Shown: positions 39,249 through 49,292, counted from the stretch's first letter. The stretch is DNA of 64,000 bases from Leptolyngbya sp. BL-A-14 (GCA_041937185.1 CP166621.1:2452571-2516570), one strand, 5' to 3'. Notes: generated by a model from the letters alone, not told the origin. Numbers and translations are program-made.

Positions 39249-40798
39249 AAGACCCCTATCTACCGCAGATTCTAGGGCTGCTGGCTGCTGGCATGACTGC
39301 GACCGGCTTAAGCATTTCAGGCTACCTGCATCAGCCAGAAACGTTCCGCTTTCTGGGTACTGAGCTGACCTATCAAGCCGCCTATCGCAAGATTCCGCTG
39401 AGTCTGGCTGGCTCTGGTTTGTGCATCTCCGCTTGGCTACTCACTCAGACCCGCAAAGATTATCGACGGCAATACGAGCAATGGGAACGCCAAATGCTAA
39501 TGAAGCAAGGGCAAATGCAGGCGATCGCGCATCAAGCAGAACTGGAAGGGTATCAACAGGTGGCTCAGTTACAGGCTGCCGAACGGCTTTACCCCCAGAT
39601 GGCACCGTATTTGTCAGATGTCCAAGATGCCGACTATCAGGAAGTGTCAGCGCCACAACCGCAGGCTACCCCGCAGCCACAGGCATCAACCGCTGCTCCT
39701 GGACAACCAGCCATGCCTGTTACTCCCACGTCGGATTCCACGTCCGACCCGACGGCTTACCTGCAAAACTTCCTGGAATATCCAGGGCTCTTATTTGGCG
39801 GTATGGGTGCTGGGAAGAGTTGGACAGCGCGTTACCTGGTCATGCAAAAAGCCCGTGCTGGGCATCAGGTCGTCGTGCTAGACCCTCATGCGGCCAATCA
39901 CGAATGGCAAGGCATTCGGCATATCGGTGCCGGAATGGATTACCGCGCGATCGCTGAGTTCTTGTCCTGGTATCTGGATGAAATCGAGCGCCGTTACCAA
40001 GAGTTCAACAAGTCAGGGCTGAGTGAGGAAGACTGGCAGCAGAGTGTGAGACAGCAGGGGCGCATCATCAGTGTGGTGTGTGAGGAGATGACCAACTGGG
40101 CGGATCGATTGCCCGGTGACATCGGCAGCCGTTTCTTCAAGTCAGCCATGAGTGACAGCCGCAAGGTGTTGATGCCGCCATTGTTTGTGGCTCACGATCG
40201 CACCTTGTCAGCACTGGGAGATGCCAAGGGCGTTGCCCGGTTACGTGATGCAGCGCTGCTGGAATTAGAACTGATTCCCACCATTCACCCCACAACGCGG
40301 AAGCCAGTTTCAAGCGGTCAGGGCAAGTTAAAGCTGCCTGGTCATGGTGAATGGTTGCCTGTTGAACTGCCGAAGTGCGATCGCAAAATCACAGACTTTA
40401 CCGTCTATCAGCAGCCGCAACAGCAGCCCTATACTCAACCACAATCAACACAGCAACAAGCACCGCTACCAACACAGCAACCACAACCAGACTTCCGAAC
40501 TCAGGTTACTAAGTGGCTTAAAGATTGCTGGGAAGCAGAATCGCCACAAGATGAGCCAAAAGCAGCACCGAGCAGAATCGATTCTCTACCCGATGGCAAC
40601 CTGAGAAACTTAGCAGCTTATCTACGCAAGAAAAAGCAGATAGCTGTGAGAGATGTCAAGCGAAACTGGGGTAGTTCCTACTCGTTAAATGGTGAGCAGG
40701 TACAAGATTTGTTGATTGAATTAATCGAGATGAATCTAATTGAGACCTTCTTACCTGACACTTCTAAGGCTGAATGGGTGCGATGGTCTGAAACATAG
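39245..40798 (+). CDS. Membrane-anchored P-loop NTPase, TraD/VirD4/FtsK-like (putative DNA-transfer coupling protein)
   Basis: N-terminal TM segments, Walker A GGMGAGKS followed by VVVLDPH (resembles the hhhDPKG motif of coupling proteins), and a Walker-B-like IISVVCEE. Confidence 0.4.
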   Translation: MKDPYLPQILGLLAAGMTATGLSISGYLHQPETFRFLGTELTYQAAYRKIPLSLAGSGLCISAWLLTQTRKDYRRQYEQWERQMLMKQGQMQAIAHQAELEGYQQVAQLQAAERLYPQMAPYLSDVQDADYQEVSAPQPQATPQPQASTAAPGQPAMPVTPTSDSTSDPTAYLQNFLEYPGLLFGGMGAGKSWTARYLVMQKARAGHQVVVLDPHAANHEWQGIRHIGAGMDYRAIAEFLSWYLDEIERRYQEFNKSGLSEEDWQQSVRQQGRIISVVCEEMTNWADRLPGDIGSRFFKSAMSDSRKVLMPPLFVAHDRTLSALGDAKGVARLRDAALLELELIPTIHPTTRKPVSSGQGKLKLPGHGEWLPVELPKCDRKITDFTVYQQPQQQPYTQPQSTQQQAPLPTQQPQPDFRTQVTKWLKDCWEAESPQDEPKAAPSRIDSLPDGNLRNLAAYLRKKKQIAVRDVKRNWGSSYSLNGEQVQDLLIELIEMNLIETFLPDTSKAEWVRWSET

Positions 40799-40924
40799 AC
40801 AGAGAGGCTTACCCGTCAACTGTCAGGTGTCGGCTGACACTCTACCTGCCACTTACCTGACAGTACACCCGACACTTACCCGACACTCTACCTGCCACTT
40901 ACTTGATACTTTTCTTCTAACATT

Positions 40925-41203
40925 ATGTTCTCGACTCCTAATCCTAAAATCGTCCAGATTCGCCGCGAACTTAGAGGGCAGCTACCCGATAGTTGGCTTG
41001 AAGACGTGATCACAATTCTTGAATATAAATTGACATATCAAACTATTGACGAACTGGCTACAGAAGATTTATTAGCGCTACGCGTTGGAACAGGCTTTAG
41101 TGCAACGCTCAATCAGCTTTTGAATCCAGCGCAGCAGCCTGAGGTGCAGACCATAGATGTGGCAATACAGAAGCCTCAAAGCTTTCGCTTGCCCTGGCAA
41201 TAA
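40925..41203 (+). CDS. Hypothetical protein
   Basis: 92-aa ORF. Confidence 0.3.
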   Translation: MFSTPNPKIVQIRRELRGQLPDSWLEDVITILEYKLTYQTIDELATEDLLALRVGTGFSATLNQLLNPAQQPEVQTIDVAIQKPQSFRLPWQ

Positions 41204-41233
41204 ATCCTATTGAAAAACGGCAGGCTGACGGTT

Positions 41234-41500
41234 CTAATCGGCATCCAAATAACCATCGGCTTTCAGTTGGTTCCTAATTGCCTTGCGTAGCCACTCCGAA
41301 CGAAACGGCATTGGACGCACGATCGCATCCCACTCAGCAGGCAACTTCACACACAAAGAAGATTTAGCTAGCTCCACATCTTGCACATCAAAACTAGGCT
41401 TGAACTGCTGAGCTAAAAACTCTGGTGTCTTTACTGGCTGGGGATTGCCACCCTTATCGCCCTTCTTCTTAGGCATGGTAGACCTCATAAATACCCTCAC
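41234..41500 (-). CDS. Putative RHH-like DNA-binding protein
   Basis: Basic N-terminus with a C-terminal beta-strand/helix ...CVKLPAEWDAIV...SEWLRKAIRNQL. Divergently oriented to the 41701 gene across a palindrome-bearing gap. Confidence 0.35.
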   Translation of the reverse strand: MRVFMRSTMPKKKGDKGGNPQPVKTPEFLAQQFKPSFDVQDVELAKSSLCVKLPAEWDAIVRPMPFRSEWLRKAIRNQLKADGYLDAD

Positions 41501-41591
41501 TATAAGCCAGTATTCTGGGAAATATTTATCAGCTTTGTTTATATACTTCCAGGAATACAGGGTAAAACGTTCATCACCCGATTCTTATTAT

Positions 41592-41607
41592 TCCCGGAAT
41601 TCCGGGA
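41592..41607. promoter_or_regulatory. Perfect 16-bp palindrome TCCCGGAATTCCGGGA (candidate operator) in a divergent intergenic region
   Basis: Direct reading. A related half-site TTCCAGGAA lies 40 bp upstream. Confidence 0.4.
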
Positions 41608-41700
41608 TATATTAGATACATGCCAGGAGAAAGCGCTACCCCTCCGACCAAGAAGTAAGCAGCGCCTCTCAAATAAGTCCCATTACTGGAACATCTCATT

Positions 41701-41928
41701 ATGTCTCAAACAACGCTTACGACAAAGACGACAGACGATCGCGTCCTCTACGGCTCCAACGATCCAGCGTTCAACCTAGCAACTGTTCGCGCTGCTGCAA
41801 TGACCGAGGATCAGCTTTACCAGGCAGGTTTTGACGCTGCTTTCAACGGTCGCGGTATGCGCGGCTCACTGGCTGATTACCCAGCCTACCTGCAAGGACG
41901 GATCGCAGGCAGAGCAGCCCGGTTCTAG
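41701..41928 (+). CDS. Hypothetical protein
   Basis: 75-aa ORF followed by the hairpin TTTTCCGCCatgtGGCGGAAAA. Confidence 0.35.
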   Translation: MSQTTLTTKTTDDRVLYGSNDPAFNLATVRAAAMTEDQLYQAGFDAAFNGRGMRGSLADYPAYLQGRIAGRAARF

Positions 41929-42052
41929 GCTCTGATAGAGGTTTTCCGCCATGTGGCGGAAAACTGCCCTGCTTGCGAACAGGGTTAGAGATCGCGCCTC
42001 TCCCTGTGTGACTCGGCAACTGGTACGCGAACACTTTTAGAGGATTAAAGAG

Positions 42053-42262
42053 ATGAGTAAAACGACAGCACAAAAACTGATAGACCGCGCAGCCGAATTC
42101 TGGCTTGCTCAAATCGCTCAAGAAATTGCTGAGATTCCCAGCGATCAAATTTCGGGCGACCATCCGACGATCAAAAAGCTTAAAGAATACTTGGGCAAAG
42201 CAGCGAGCGACGGGGCGAGTGTGACTGAAAAGCAAAGCACTCAACAAAATCAAGACCGTTAA
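42053..42262 (+). CDS. Hypothetical protein
   Basis: 69-aa ORF preceded by the 16-mer CCCTGTGTGACTCGGC. Confidence 0.3.
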   Translation: MSKTTAQKLIDRAAEFWLAQIAQEIAEIPSDQISGDHPTIKKLKEYLGKAASDGASVTEKQSTQQNQDR

Positions 42263-42367
42263 GAGCATTCAGAAATAACTAAGAGTCTATCCCTGTTGAT
42301 GACCGCACTCTGCCGAGTTGAGTCGTTTCGGCTTAAACCCCCTACATAGCATTTAGAGGATCAAACG

Positions 42368-42958
42368 ATGGATTCTTTGAGTTTAGGAACGGAAACAGCA
42401 GCTTTTATTGATGCAGTGTTTAACGTTGCTAAAGACTACCTGGAGGACTACTACTGGGTCGATGCACACCCAGAACAACAGGAGTCGCTTGTCACTTTTG
42501 TTTGCAAGGCTCCTTACGCCCACTACGCAGACAGAGCACGTAAGGCATTGATTGAATTACCGCTTTGTTACCCTGTCTATTTTCAATTGTGGACACAAGG
42601 CGCTGTACGGGACGAAGACAAAGAGCGGCTGATCCAGCAGGGTAGACCCTACTTAGATCAGCCACACAGAACACTGGGAGCAAACATGCTGACCACGATG
42701 GATTTTGAGCGAGCCGTGGTTAATAAGTTTTTAGCTGCTCAACACCCATCAATCCGAGGGATGTTGCGATTGTGTGACTTTATTCACTTAAGAGACAACT
42801 GTCTCTTTTTTGTTTGCTCCACTGACCTTGCTTACAACTTTGTTCTGGGATTGAGAAAATTGCTTCGTGAAAATGCCGCACTCTTTGGCATTACTGAAAT
42901 CAAGATTGTTACACCTGGCGGTAAAGAGCTCTGGGGACAGCAGCATAGTTTTGACTAA
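42368..42958 (+). CDS. Hypothetical protein, paralog of the N-terminal domain of the 43010 product
   Basis: MDSLSLGTETAAFIDAVFNVAKDYLEDYYWV...KAPYAHYADRA aligns with MDFSSVGTETRRFIDAVFREAGEWLEPEYWV...KLPYAHHAEKA. Confidence 0.45.
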   Translation: MDSLSLGTETAAFIDAVFNVAKDYLEDYYWVDAHPEQQESLVTFVCKAPYAHYADRARKALIELPLCYPVYFQLWTQGAVRDEDKERLIQQGRPYLDQPHRTLGANMLTTMDFERAVVNKFLAAQHPSIRGMLRLCDFIHLRDNCLFFVCSTDLAYNFVLGLRKLLRENAALFGITEIKIVTPGGKELWGQQHSFD

Positions 42959-43009
42959 CAACCCCTGTGTGACTCGGCTATGAGCTAATCAATCTTTAGG
43001 AGCAACGCG

Positions 43010-43933
43010 ATGGATTTTTCAAGTGTAGGGACGGAGACAAGGCGCTTCATTGATGCTGTGTTTAGAGAAGCCGGAGAGTGGCTAGAACCTGAATATTGGG
43101 TCTTACCAGGCTGCGATGATGCTCATTCGCAGCACGTCATTTTTATCAGCAAGCTGCCATATGCTCATCATGCCGAGAAAGCATATCAAGCAATTCAGGA
43201 CATCAAGACTCGAGCGCAAGTCTCATTTCAAATTTGGACGCTGGGCAATGAAAAACCAGTGGTTAAGGAAGAGATGATCGCAGCCGCTAAAAGATATGGA
43301 TCTGTGCAGCAATCATTTCAAAGCTTTTCCGGTCGAAAGCAAAAGTCAGTACAAACGGAGCACGATCGCATCATTTTAGAATGGCTCAATCTTGCTGGAG
43401 AGACTGAAAAGCTTTCAGTGCAACAGTCTGACACTAGAATCACCGTCAGATGCGGAGACAGTTTACAAGCTGCTCGGCTTTCACATCGACTCGATTGGCT
43501 CGTCAAGACAGGGCTTGAGTTTGTCGAGATTCACATAGGCGATCAAGTTTTTAATAACATTGCATTAGAGCGCATCGCAAAGGACGATCGCCATCGCTTC
43601 ATTTATTCACTGCTGGAAACTCACCAGCAGATTCTTGAGGAGATTGGCGTAGCTATTGACGACGACAAAGTGAGGCTTTACTGTCGCAGCAAAGAAGAGG
43701 CGATCGCGCTGCATGATGGACGCTGGGATTTAGTCGAGCGTGCCCAAGAACAGCAGCTTCCTCAGAAGTTTGAGCTTTATTATTCCGGCGATGACCACAA
43801 GCCTCAATTGTTTAAGACTTTTTCAATCCGAGAGGGTCTGTTGGCGAAAAGATTGCAGCGTCGGGAGATTGCAGCCTTGTTCCAGGATTTCAATAATGAA
43901 GGCGAGGGAAATGACCAGAAAAAAGCAATCTGA
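43010..43933 (+). CDS. Hypothetical protein whose N-terminal domain is paralogous to the 42368 product
   Basis: See the 42368 entry. Preceded by the same 16-mer CCCTGTGTGACTCGGC. Confidence 0.45.
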   Translation: MDFSSVGTETRRFIDAVFREAGEWLEPEYWVLPGCDDAHSQHVIFISKLPYAHHAEKAYQAIQDIKTRAQVSFQIWTLGNEKPVVKEEMIAAAKRYGSVQQSFQSFSGRKQKSVQTEHDRIILEWLNLAGETEKLSVQQSDTRITVRCGDSLQAARLSHRLDWLVKTGLEFVEIHIGDQVFNNIALERIAKDDRHRFIYSLLETHQQILEEIGVAIDDDKVRLYCRSKEEAIALHDGRWDLVERAQEQQLPQKFELYYSGDDHKPQLFKTFSIREGLLAKRLQRREIAALFQDFNNEGEGNDQKKAI

Positions 43934-44123
43934 ACCAGATGTTCGTACTCGCGCTCAGATAATTCTTGAAGCTTGCGATCGCTACAACCGCAGTCAGTTG
44001 CTTGAAAAACTCGCTCAAGCGGTTAGAGAGATCGCACCGGAACTCACTGGCGAAGCTGGGGAACGGATACGCGCTCTGTTAAAAGAGTTGGATGAAAACC
44101 CAGCACCCCCACACTACGACTGA
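43896..44123 (+). CDS. Small hypothetical protein
   Basis: 75 aa, followed by a terminator hairpin. Confidence 0.3.
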   Translation: MKAREMTRKKQSEPDVRTRAQIILEACDRYNRSQLLEKLAQAVREIAPELTGEAGERIRALLKELDENPAPPHYD

Positions 44124-44156
44124 TCAACCTTAAAGCCTAGAACTAAAGAACCACTA

Positions 44157-44188
44157 GCCCTGTCGCACTGGCAGGGCTTTTTCATGTC
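44157..44188 (+). terminator. Rho-independent terminator (AGCCCTGtcgcactggCAGGGCT + T5); near-identical copy at 49036
   Basis: 7-bp stem, 9-nt loop, T-run. Confidence 0.55.
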
Positions 44189-44537
44189 GCAAAACCCGAT
44201 TACATAAGGCTAATTATGTAAGATTGGCGTCAAATCAATTTGACAATTGTCGAATTGATTCGACATTACTTTGGGCATTGCTTCGGGTCAATCTTGCACA
44301 TTGCTTTCTCGTAGCCCTTGTTAGTCTCCTGTGATGCCTTTGTTGCATCATCAGCTTGAGTCGTCTTCCAGGCTAGGACGCCTAGCAGAAGAGCGATTAA
44401 GGCAAGGGCAGACGCGATCGCAATTTGTTTTTGAGTCATTATGCCAATATCTACCAGAGGTAGACGTGCGTAGACATACCAAGCTTAAGCGATCGCCATC
44501 ATAGGAATTCTGAAGGCAGCACTCTCCCTGTCTTTGG

Positions 44538-45245
44538 ATGTCTGTCAACGCTTCAGCCTGCTGGCTCAAAATCTTAATTGGCGCTGACGCCCAGGACTGG
44601 AGCAAGACGCTCAAAAGTTTCGACGTGGGCTTACCCAAGCGCGATCGCAGTGGTTTGCTACAAACGACAGCCACGCTGCTGCTGACGTATTGGGATTATG
44701 CGCCAGAGTCAATGAATCCACGGCTTAACCCTGCACGGTGGCATCGTGGGCAGACTGTCAACGTGCTTTTATCCTTTGATGGCGTAACTTACACACCGCA
44801 CCCACTGGGGACGCTATACATCGTCAAAGAGCCGTTACCAAGCAACCCCGATACACCCGACCTTACGTTGCAGTTAGGTTGCAAGCTGGCTCTCAAGGAC
44901 TATGCCGAACCAGACAACGACAAATCAGGCGTGATCCTTGGGACGCCGACCGCACGCACGACAGCAATTAGCAACATCCTGGCAGCAGCGGGTATTAATA
45001 CGCTCACCGGCACGATCGATGCCTACCCTGTCTCGCATCCACCGCCAAAAGTCGGGAGCAGTTACGTACAGCAAGCGGGCACGGTTGCTTACCCAGGCTT
45101 CAAAGCACTGTGGCAAGACAACTTAGGCAATATTCAAGCGGTTGAAGTGGCGGCAAATGTGAGCGCGCGTAGCGATCAAGTTGCGTCTCGCCGAATGGGT
45201 CGGCAGGAGCCGTTGCCATCAAACTATTACAGATGTGTGAACTAG
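44538..45245 (+). CDS. Hypothetical protein
   Basis: 235-aa ORF. The start is uncertain. Confidence 0.35.
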   Translation: MSVNASACWLKILIGADAQDWSKTLKSFDVGLPKRDRSGLLQTTATLLLTYWDYAPESMNPRLNPARWHRGQTVNVLLSFDGVTYTPHPLGTLYIVKEPLPSNPDTPDLTLQLGCKLALKDYAEPDNDKSGVILGTPTARTTAISNILAAAGINTLTGTIDAYPVSHPPPKVGSSYVQQAGTVAYPGFKALWQDNLGNIQAVEVAANVSARSDQVASRRMGRQEPLPSNYYRCVN

Positions 45246-45586
45246 TATTAACCTTTGAAACGTAAATTATAGTCTTTGAGAGCGGTCGCTCTATTGTTTA
45301 GAAAGCACTAGCTTGAGAGCATCTCTATCGTGAGAGGGAGGTAGGTTTTGGTCACCTTCTCCAAGCATCTGCAAGGTTGTCTATTATTGAGTAAGAGGAA
45401 GCGGTCATTTGGCTCATCAACAATTCTTCAGCGGTGAATTGAAATGACAAAACACTCTCGGCGGGAGCATCGGTCGGGTTTTGTCTTGCCGGAGTGTCAG
45501 CTTTCCTCACCTGAACTTCAGCTCTAAAGGACAACATTTTTTCAAGCGCAACATTTACATACAGCACTTCAATCTTTAGGTTAAAA

Positions 45587-48451
45587 ATGAGCGTGTTACG
45601 GCCTGCAGAGGAGGTGGAGCGGCTTGCCATTCTCCATCAATATCAGATTCTTGATACTGAGCCGGAAACGGCTTTCGACGATATTGCCCGCCTCGCTGCT
45701 TACCTTTGTGGCACGTCGATCGCGATCGTTAATCTCATCGATGACCATCGTCAGTGGTTTAAAGCCAAGGTTGGACTAGCGCTGTCAGAAGTGCCACGCC
45801 ACGTCGGTCTGTCGTATCTTTGCGTCGAGCACGGGGATGTCATTGTCGTGCCGGATACGCTGGCCGATCCCATCCTGGCTCAGAATGCGCTGGTTACAGC
45901 CTATCCCTACGTGCGGTTTTACGCGGGCATACCGTTAAAAACACCAGAAGGGCATACGATCGGCACGCTCTGTGTGCTGGACGCGGTGCCCAAGCAACTC
46001 ACTCCCGAGCAGATCGATGCGTTGCGATCGCTGGGCCGTCAGGTGGTGGGTCAGCTCGAACTCCGGCGCAATGTATTCAGTCTGGCTCAAACCACACACC
46101 AATATCAGCAAGCCGAAGCCGCGCTCGAACGGGTGGCGGAAGATAACCTGAAATTGGCACAGGCAATAGCCTCTGTGTCCGACGGCGTGGTGATTACCGA
46201 TCCAAACCGACCGGACAACCCGATTATTTACGCGAACCCGGCGTTTTCCCGCATCACGGGCTACACCGAAGCGGAAATCGTGGGTCAAAACTGCCGCTTT
46301 TTGCAGGGTCACAACACTGATCGGGCGGTCGTGGCCGAAATTCGTCAAGCACTCAATGAGCAACGTGAGATTCAAGCAACGTTGCTGAATTACCGTCAGG
46401 ATGGCACACCGTTTTGGAATGAGTTAAAGCTGGCTCCGGTGCGATCGCCGCAGGGGGAACTGCTCTACTTTGTCGGGATTCAAACGGATATTACCGCTCG
46501 TAAACTGGTGGAAGCTGAGCGGAATCAACTGTTAGAGCAAGAACGACTCGCACGGACAGCTGCCGAGACCGCTAGTGAGTTGGTCACGAATATTCTCGAA
46601 AGCATTACCGATGCCTTTTTTGCACTCGATGACGACTGGCGCTTTACGTATCTGAATCATCAAGGTGAACTGTTGCTCCAGCGCTCCAAAGGCGACTTGC
46701 TCGGCAAACGCTTTTGGGATGAGTTTCCCGAAACGGTGAAAGACAGCTTCTACCAGGAATTGCAGCGGGTTGTCTTAGACCAAACCCGTGTTCAGTTTGA
46801 AACGTTTTATCAGCCGCTCAATCTCTGGTTTGCGGTGCACGCGTATCCTGCCAAGGCAGGATTGTCCGTCTATTTCCAAGACATCACAGAGCACAAGCAG
46901 GCAGCGCAGAAGATCCTGGAGCAGGCAGCGTTGCTGGATGTCGCCACCGATGCCATTTTTGTCCGCAGCCTCGACCACCGAATTCTGTATTGGAACAAAG
47001 GGTCTGAGCGGCTGTATGGCTGGCAAGCCGCCGATGTACTGGGGCAGAATGTGGTCGCGTTGCTGAATCGAGACAGCCTGGCGCAACTCGATGAAGCGCT
47101 GAGAATTGCTGTGGCACATGGCGACTGGCAGGGTGAACTCGCCCAATTCACGCAAGCGGGGAGCCCGTTGACCGTCGCCAGTCGCTGGACACTCATGCGA
47201 GACGAGTCAGGACAGCCGCAAGCCATTCTCACGGTCAATACTGACATCACTGAGAAGAAGCAGTTGGAAGCGCAGTTCCTCCGCACACAGCGGATGGAGA
47301 GTATCGGCACCCTGGCCAGTGGGATTGCTCACGACTTGAACAACATCCTGACACCCATTTTGTCTTCGGCCCAATTGTTGCTCATGCCAAACCTCCTTAC
47401 CAACGAGCGCAAGGAGCATTTTTTAAAGACGATCGAACTCAGCGCGAAACGGGGCGCGTCCCTGGTCAAGCAAGTACTGTCATTCAGCCGCGGTGTGGAA
47501 GGGAAACGTACGGCACTGCAAGCGCGTCATCTCATTGCCGAAATTCAGCACATCGCACTGGAAACCTTTCCCAAATCTATTGCGCTTAACGTCGAGGCGG
47601 CCCCTGATCTCTGGCTGGTTTCGGGTGATGCAACGCATTTGCATCAAGTGCTCATGAATCTTTGTGTCAACGCCCGCGATGCAATGCCTACTGGCGGCAC
47701 GCTGAGCATCACCGCTACCAATTTCATCATTGACGACAGCTTTGCCCGCATGCACATTGAAGCACGGGTCGGTACCTACATTCTAATTACGGTTGCCGAT
47801 ACGGGCACGGGTATTCCAGCGGCAGCATTAAACCGTATCTTCGAACCATTTTTTACCACCAAAGAACTGGGCAAAGGCACTGGTCTAGGGCTTTCAACCG
47901 TGCTGAGCATTGTCAAAAGTCATGGCGGCTTTGTCGATGTAATCAGTGCTCCCGGTCGGGGCACGCAATTCAAAGTGTATCTCCCCGCTATTCAGGCGCG
48001 AGAAGCCGTGTCAACGCAGGCGTCGGCTTTGCCTGGGGGGCACGGCGAGCTAGTCTTAGTGGTCGACGACGAAGTGATGATTCGACAAACGACCCAGGCG
48101 GCCCTGGAAGCCTACCACTACAAAGTGCTAACGGCAAGCGACGGGATTGAAGCGATCGCGCTCTACGCCCAGCATCGAGATGCCATTCGCTTGGTTTTGG
48201 TGGATATGATGATGCCATTGATGGATGGTCTGACCACGATTCGCACCCTGCAGAGAATGAACCCACAGGTCAAAACGCTGGCGCTCAGTGGCCTGCTTTC
48301 CAGGACGCAAATCCCTGAACTAGAAGACCTTCATGTCCCAACCGTACTATCTAAACCCTTTACGACAAAGGAGCTTTTGGAAGGTGTGCAGCAAGTGCTT
48401 GAGCGGTCATTGGATAGTAGACCGCCGATGCAAACACCAACAATGCCGTAG
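45587..48451 (+). CDS. Hybrid sensor histidine kinase: GAF - LOV (blue-light flavin-binding PAS) - PAS - PAS - HisKA - HATPase - REC
   Basis: LOV signature [44 protein letters not shown]...[11 protein letters not shown]...YFVGIQTD. H-box IAHDLNN. G-boxes GTGLGLS. Receiver domain with VLVDMMMP and SKPF. Confidence 0.85.
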   Translation: MSVLRPAEEVERLAILHQYQILDTEPETAFDDIARLAAYLCGTSIAIVNLIDDHRQWFKAKVGLALSEVPRHVGLSYLCVEHGDVIVVPDTLADPILAQNALVTAYPYVRFYAGIPLKTPEGHTIGTLCVLDAVPKQLTPEQIDALRSLGRQVVGQLELRRNVFSLAQTTHQYQQAEAALERVAEDNLKLAQAIASVSDGVVITDPNRPDNPIIYANPAFSRITGYTEAEIVGQNCRFLQGHNTDRAVVAEIRQALNEQREIQATLLNYRQDGTPFWNELKLAPVRSPQGELLYFVGIQTDITARKLVEAERNQLLEQERLARTAAETASELVTNILESITDAFFALDDDWRFTYLNHQGELLLQRSKGDLLGKRFWDEFPETVKDSFYQELQRVVLDQTRVQFETFYQPLNLWFAVHAYPAKAGLSVYFQDITEHKQAAQKILEQAALLDVATDAIFVRSLDHRILYWNKGSERLYGWQAADVLGQNVVALLNRDSLAQLDEALRIAVAHGDWQGELAQFTQAGSPLTVASRWTLMRDESGQPQAILTVNTDITEKKQLEAQFLRTQRMESIGTLASGIAHDLNNILTPILSSAQLLLMPNLLTNERKEHFLKTIELSAKRGASLVKQVLSFSRGVEGKRTALQARHLIAEIQHIALETFPKSIALNVEAAPDLWLVSGDATHLHQVLMNLCVNARDAMPTGGTLSITATNFIIDDSFARMHIEARVGTYILITVADTGTGIPAAALNRIFEPFFTTKELGKGTGLGLSTVLSIVKSHGGFVDVISAPGRGTQFKVYLPAIQAREAVSTQASALPGGHGELVLVVDDEVMIRQTTQAALEAYHYKVLTASDGIEAIALYAQHRDAIRLVLVDMMMPLMDGLTTIRTLQRMNPQVKTLALSGLLSRTQIPELEDLHVPTVLSKPFTTKELLEGVQQVLERSLDSRPPMQTPTMP

Positions 48452-48561
48452 CGGAAGTAGGTGTTTTGGGTTCTGTGATCTCAAGTGAAACCTGATCGCT
48501 CAAGCGCTCTAAACGCCGTTCTAATTGGCCGTTCGCTGATTGATTAGCAAGGCTAACTGGA

Positions 48562-48834
48562 GTGACCGCGATCCTCACTCGGGACCAGCGGCAAGGGCTT
48601 CGCGATGGGCAACCCTACAGCCACTGGAGTTACTACATCAACAGCCTAGCGACCACAGCACAACAATTTGCTGAAGATGCCTGCCCACTCAAGCTCGCTC
48701 AGGCACTGGAAAACTGGGGACTGATTCGCACTTGGGTAGTCAATCTCTTTCGCTTACAGGGTGAAGCGTCGATAACCAAAGCGCAGCGTCGAGTGGCACA
48801 TGATATTCATGCCCTTTTCCTACTCATACAATGA
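48562..48834 (+). CDS. Hypothetical protein
   Basis: 90-aa ORF downstream of the kinase. Confidence 0.3.
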   Translation: MTAILTRDQRQGLRDGQPYSHWSYYINSLATTAQQFAEDACPLKLAQALENWGLIRTWVVNLFRLQGEASITKAQRRVAHDIHALFLLIQ

Positions 48835-49035
48835 ATTAACCCTGCCCTTCTCCCTGGTCTGCTAGGGATGGGAGTTGCAGCGCTGCGAAAGAAGCGAAAA
48901 GAGGCATCAGAACAGGTAGCTGAAACTGTCGAAGCTTAAATCTCCTTACGTCTAGTTGCTCCTCCTGCGTGTTAACGTGGGAGGCTTTTAGTGCTTGTAG
49001 CTGGCAGGGTTGGGGTGTCCATTCATAAGCAGGGC

Positions 49036-49063
49036 TAACCCTGTCGCACTGGCAGGGCTTTTC
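49036..49063 (+). terminator. Second copy of the CCCTGTCGCACTGGCAGGG + T-run hairpin
   Basis: A 24-nt identical core to 44159-44182. Confidence 0.45.
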
Positions 49064-49292
49064 ATGCAAACGCAAACGCATCCAGAGTTTTTAGAGTCAG
49101 CTTTCAAGACTATGGATGACTGAAGCGATCGTGCTCAGTTAGGTTTTCCACCGTCTGGTGGAAAAGTCTCAAACCCTATTCCGAGTTTTCCGAGTCGAGT
49201 TCTAAGACTAAGGATGACCGGAGCGATCGCGACGAGTGCCCAGGCGCAATACCAGAAGGCGAAACCCATACGATCGGCGTTGATCCGTGCCC

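Noticed and set aside
39421-39957. 178-aa and 87-aa ORFs in alternate frames inside the ATPase gene, and similar alternate-frame ORFs inside the helicase, primase and kinase genes
   Set aside because: Arg/Pro-rich translations typical of out-of-frame GC-rich sequence, nested within a gene with clear Walker motifs.
45352-45630. 92-aa minus-strand ORF upstream of or overlapping the histidine kinase start
   Set aside because: It overlaps the kinase 5' end antisense and has no motif or coupling to neighbours. Likely spurious.
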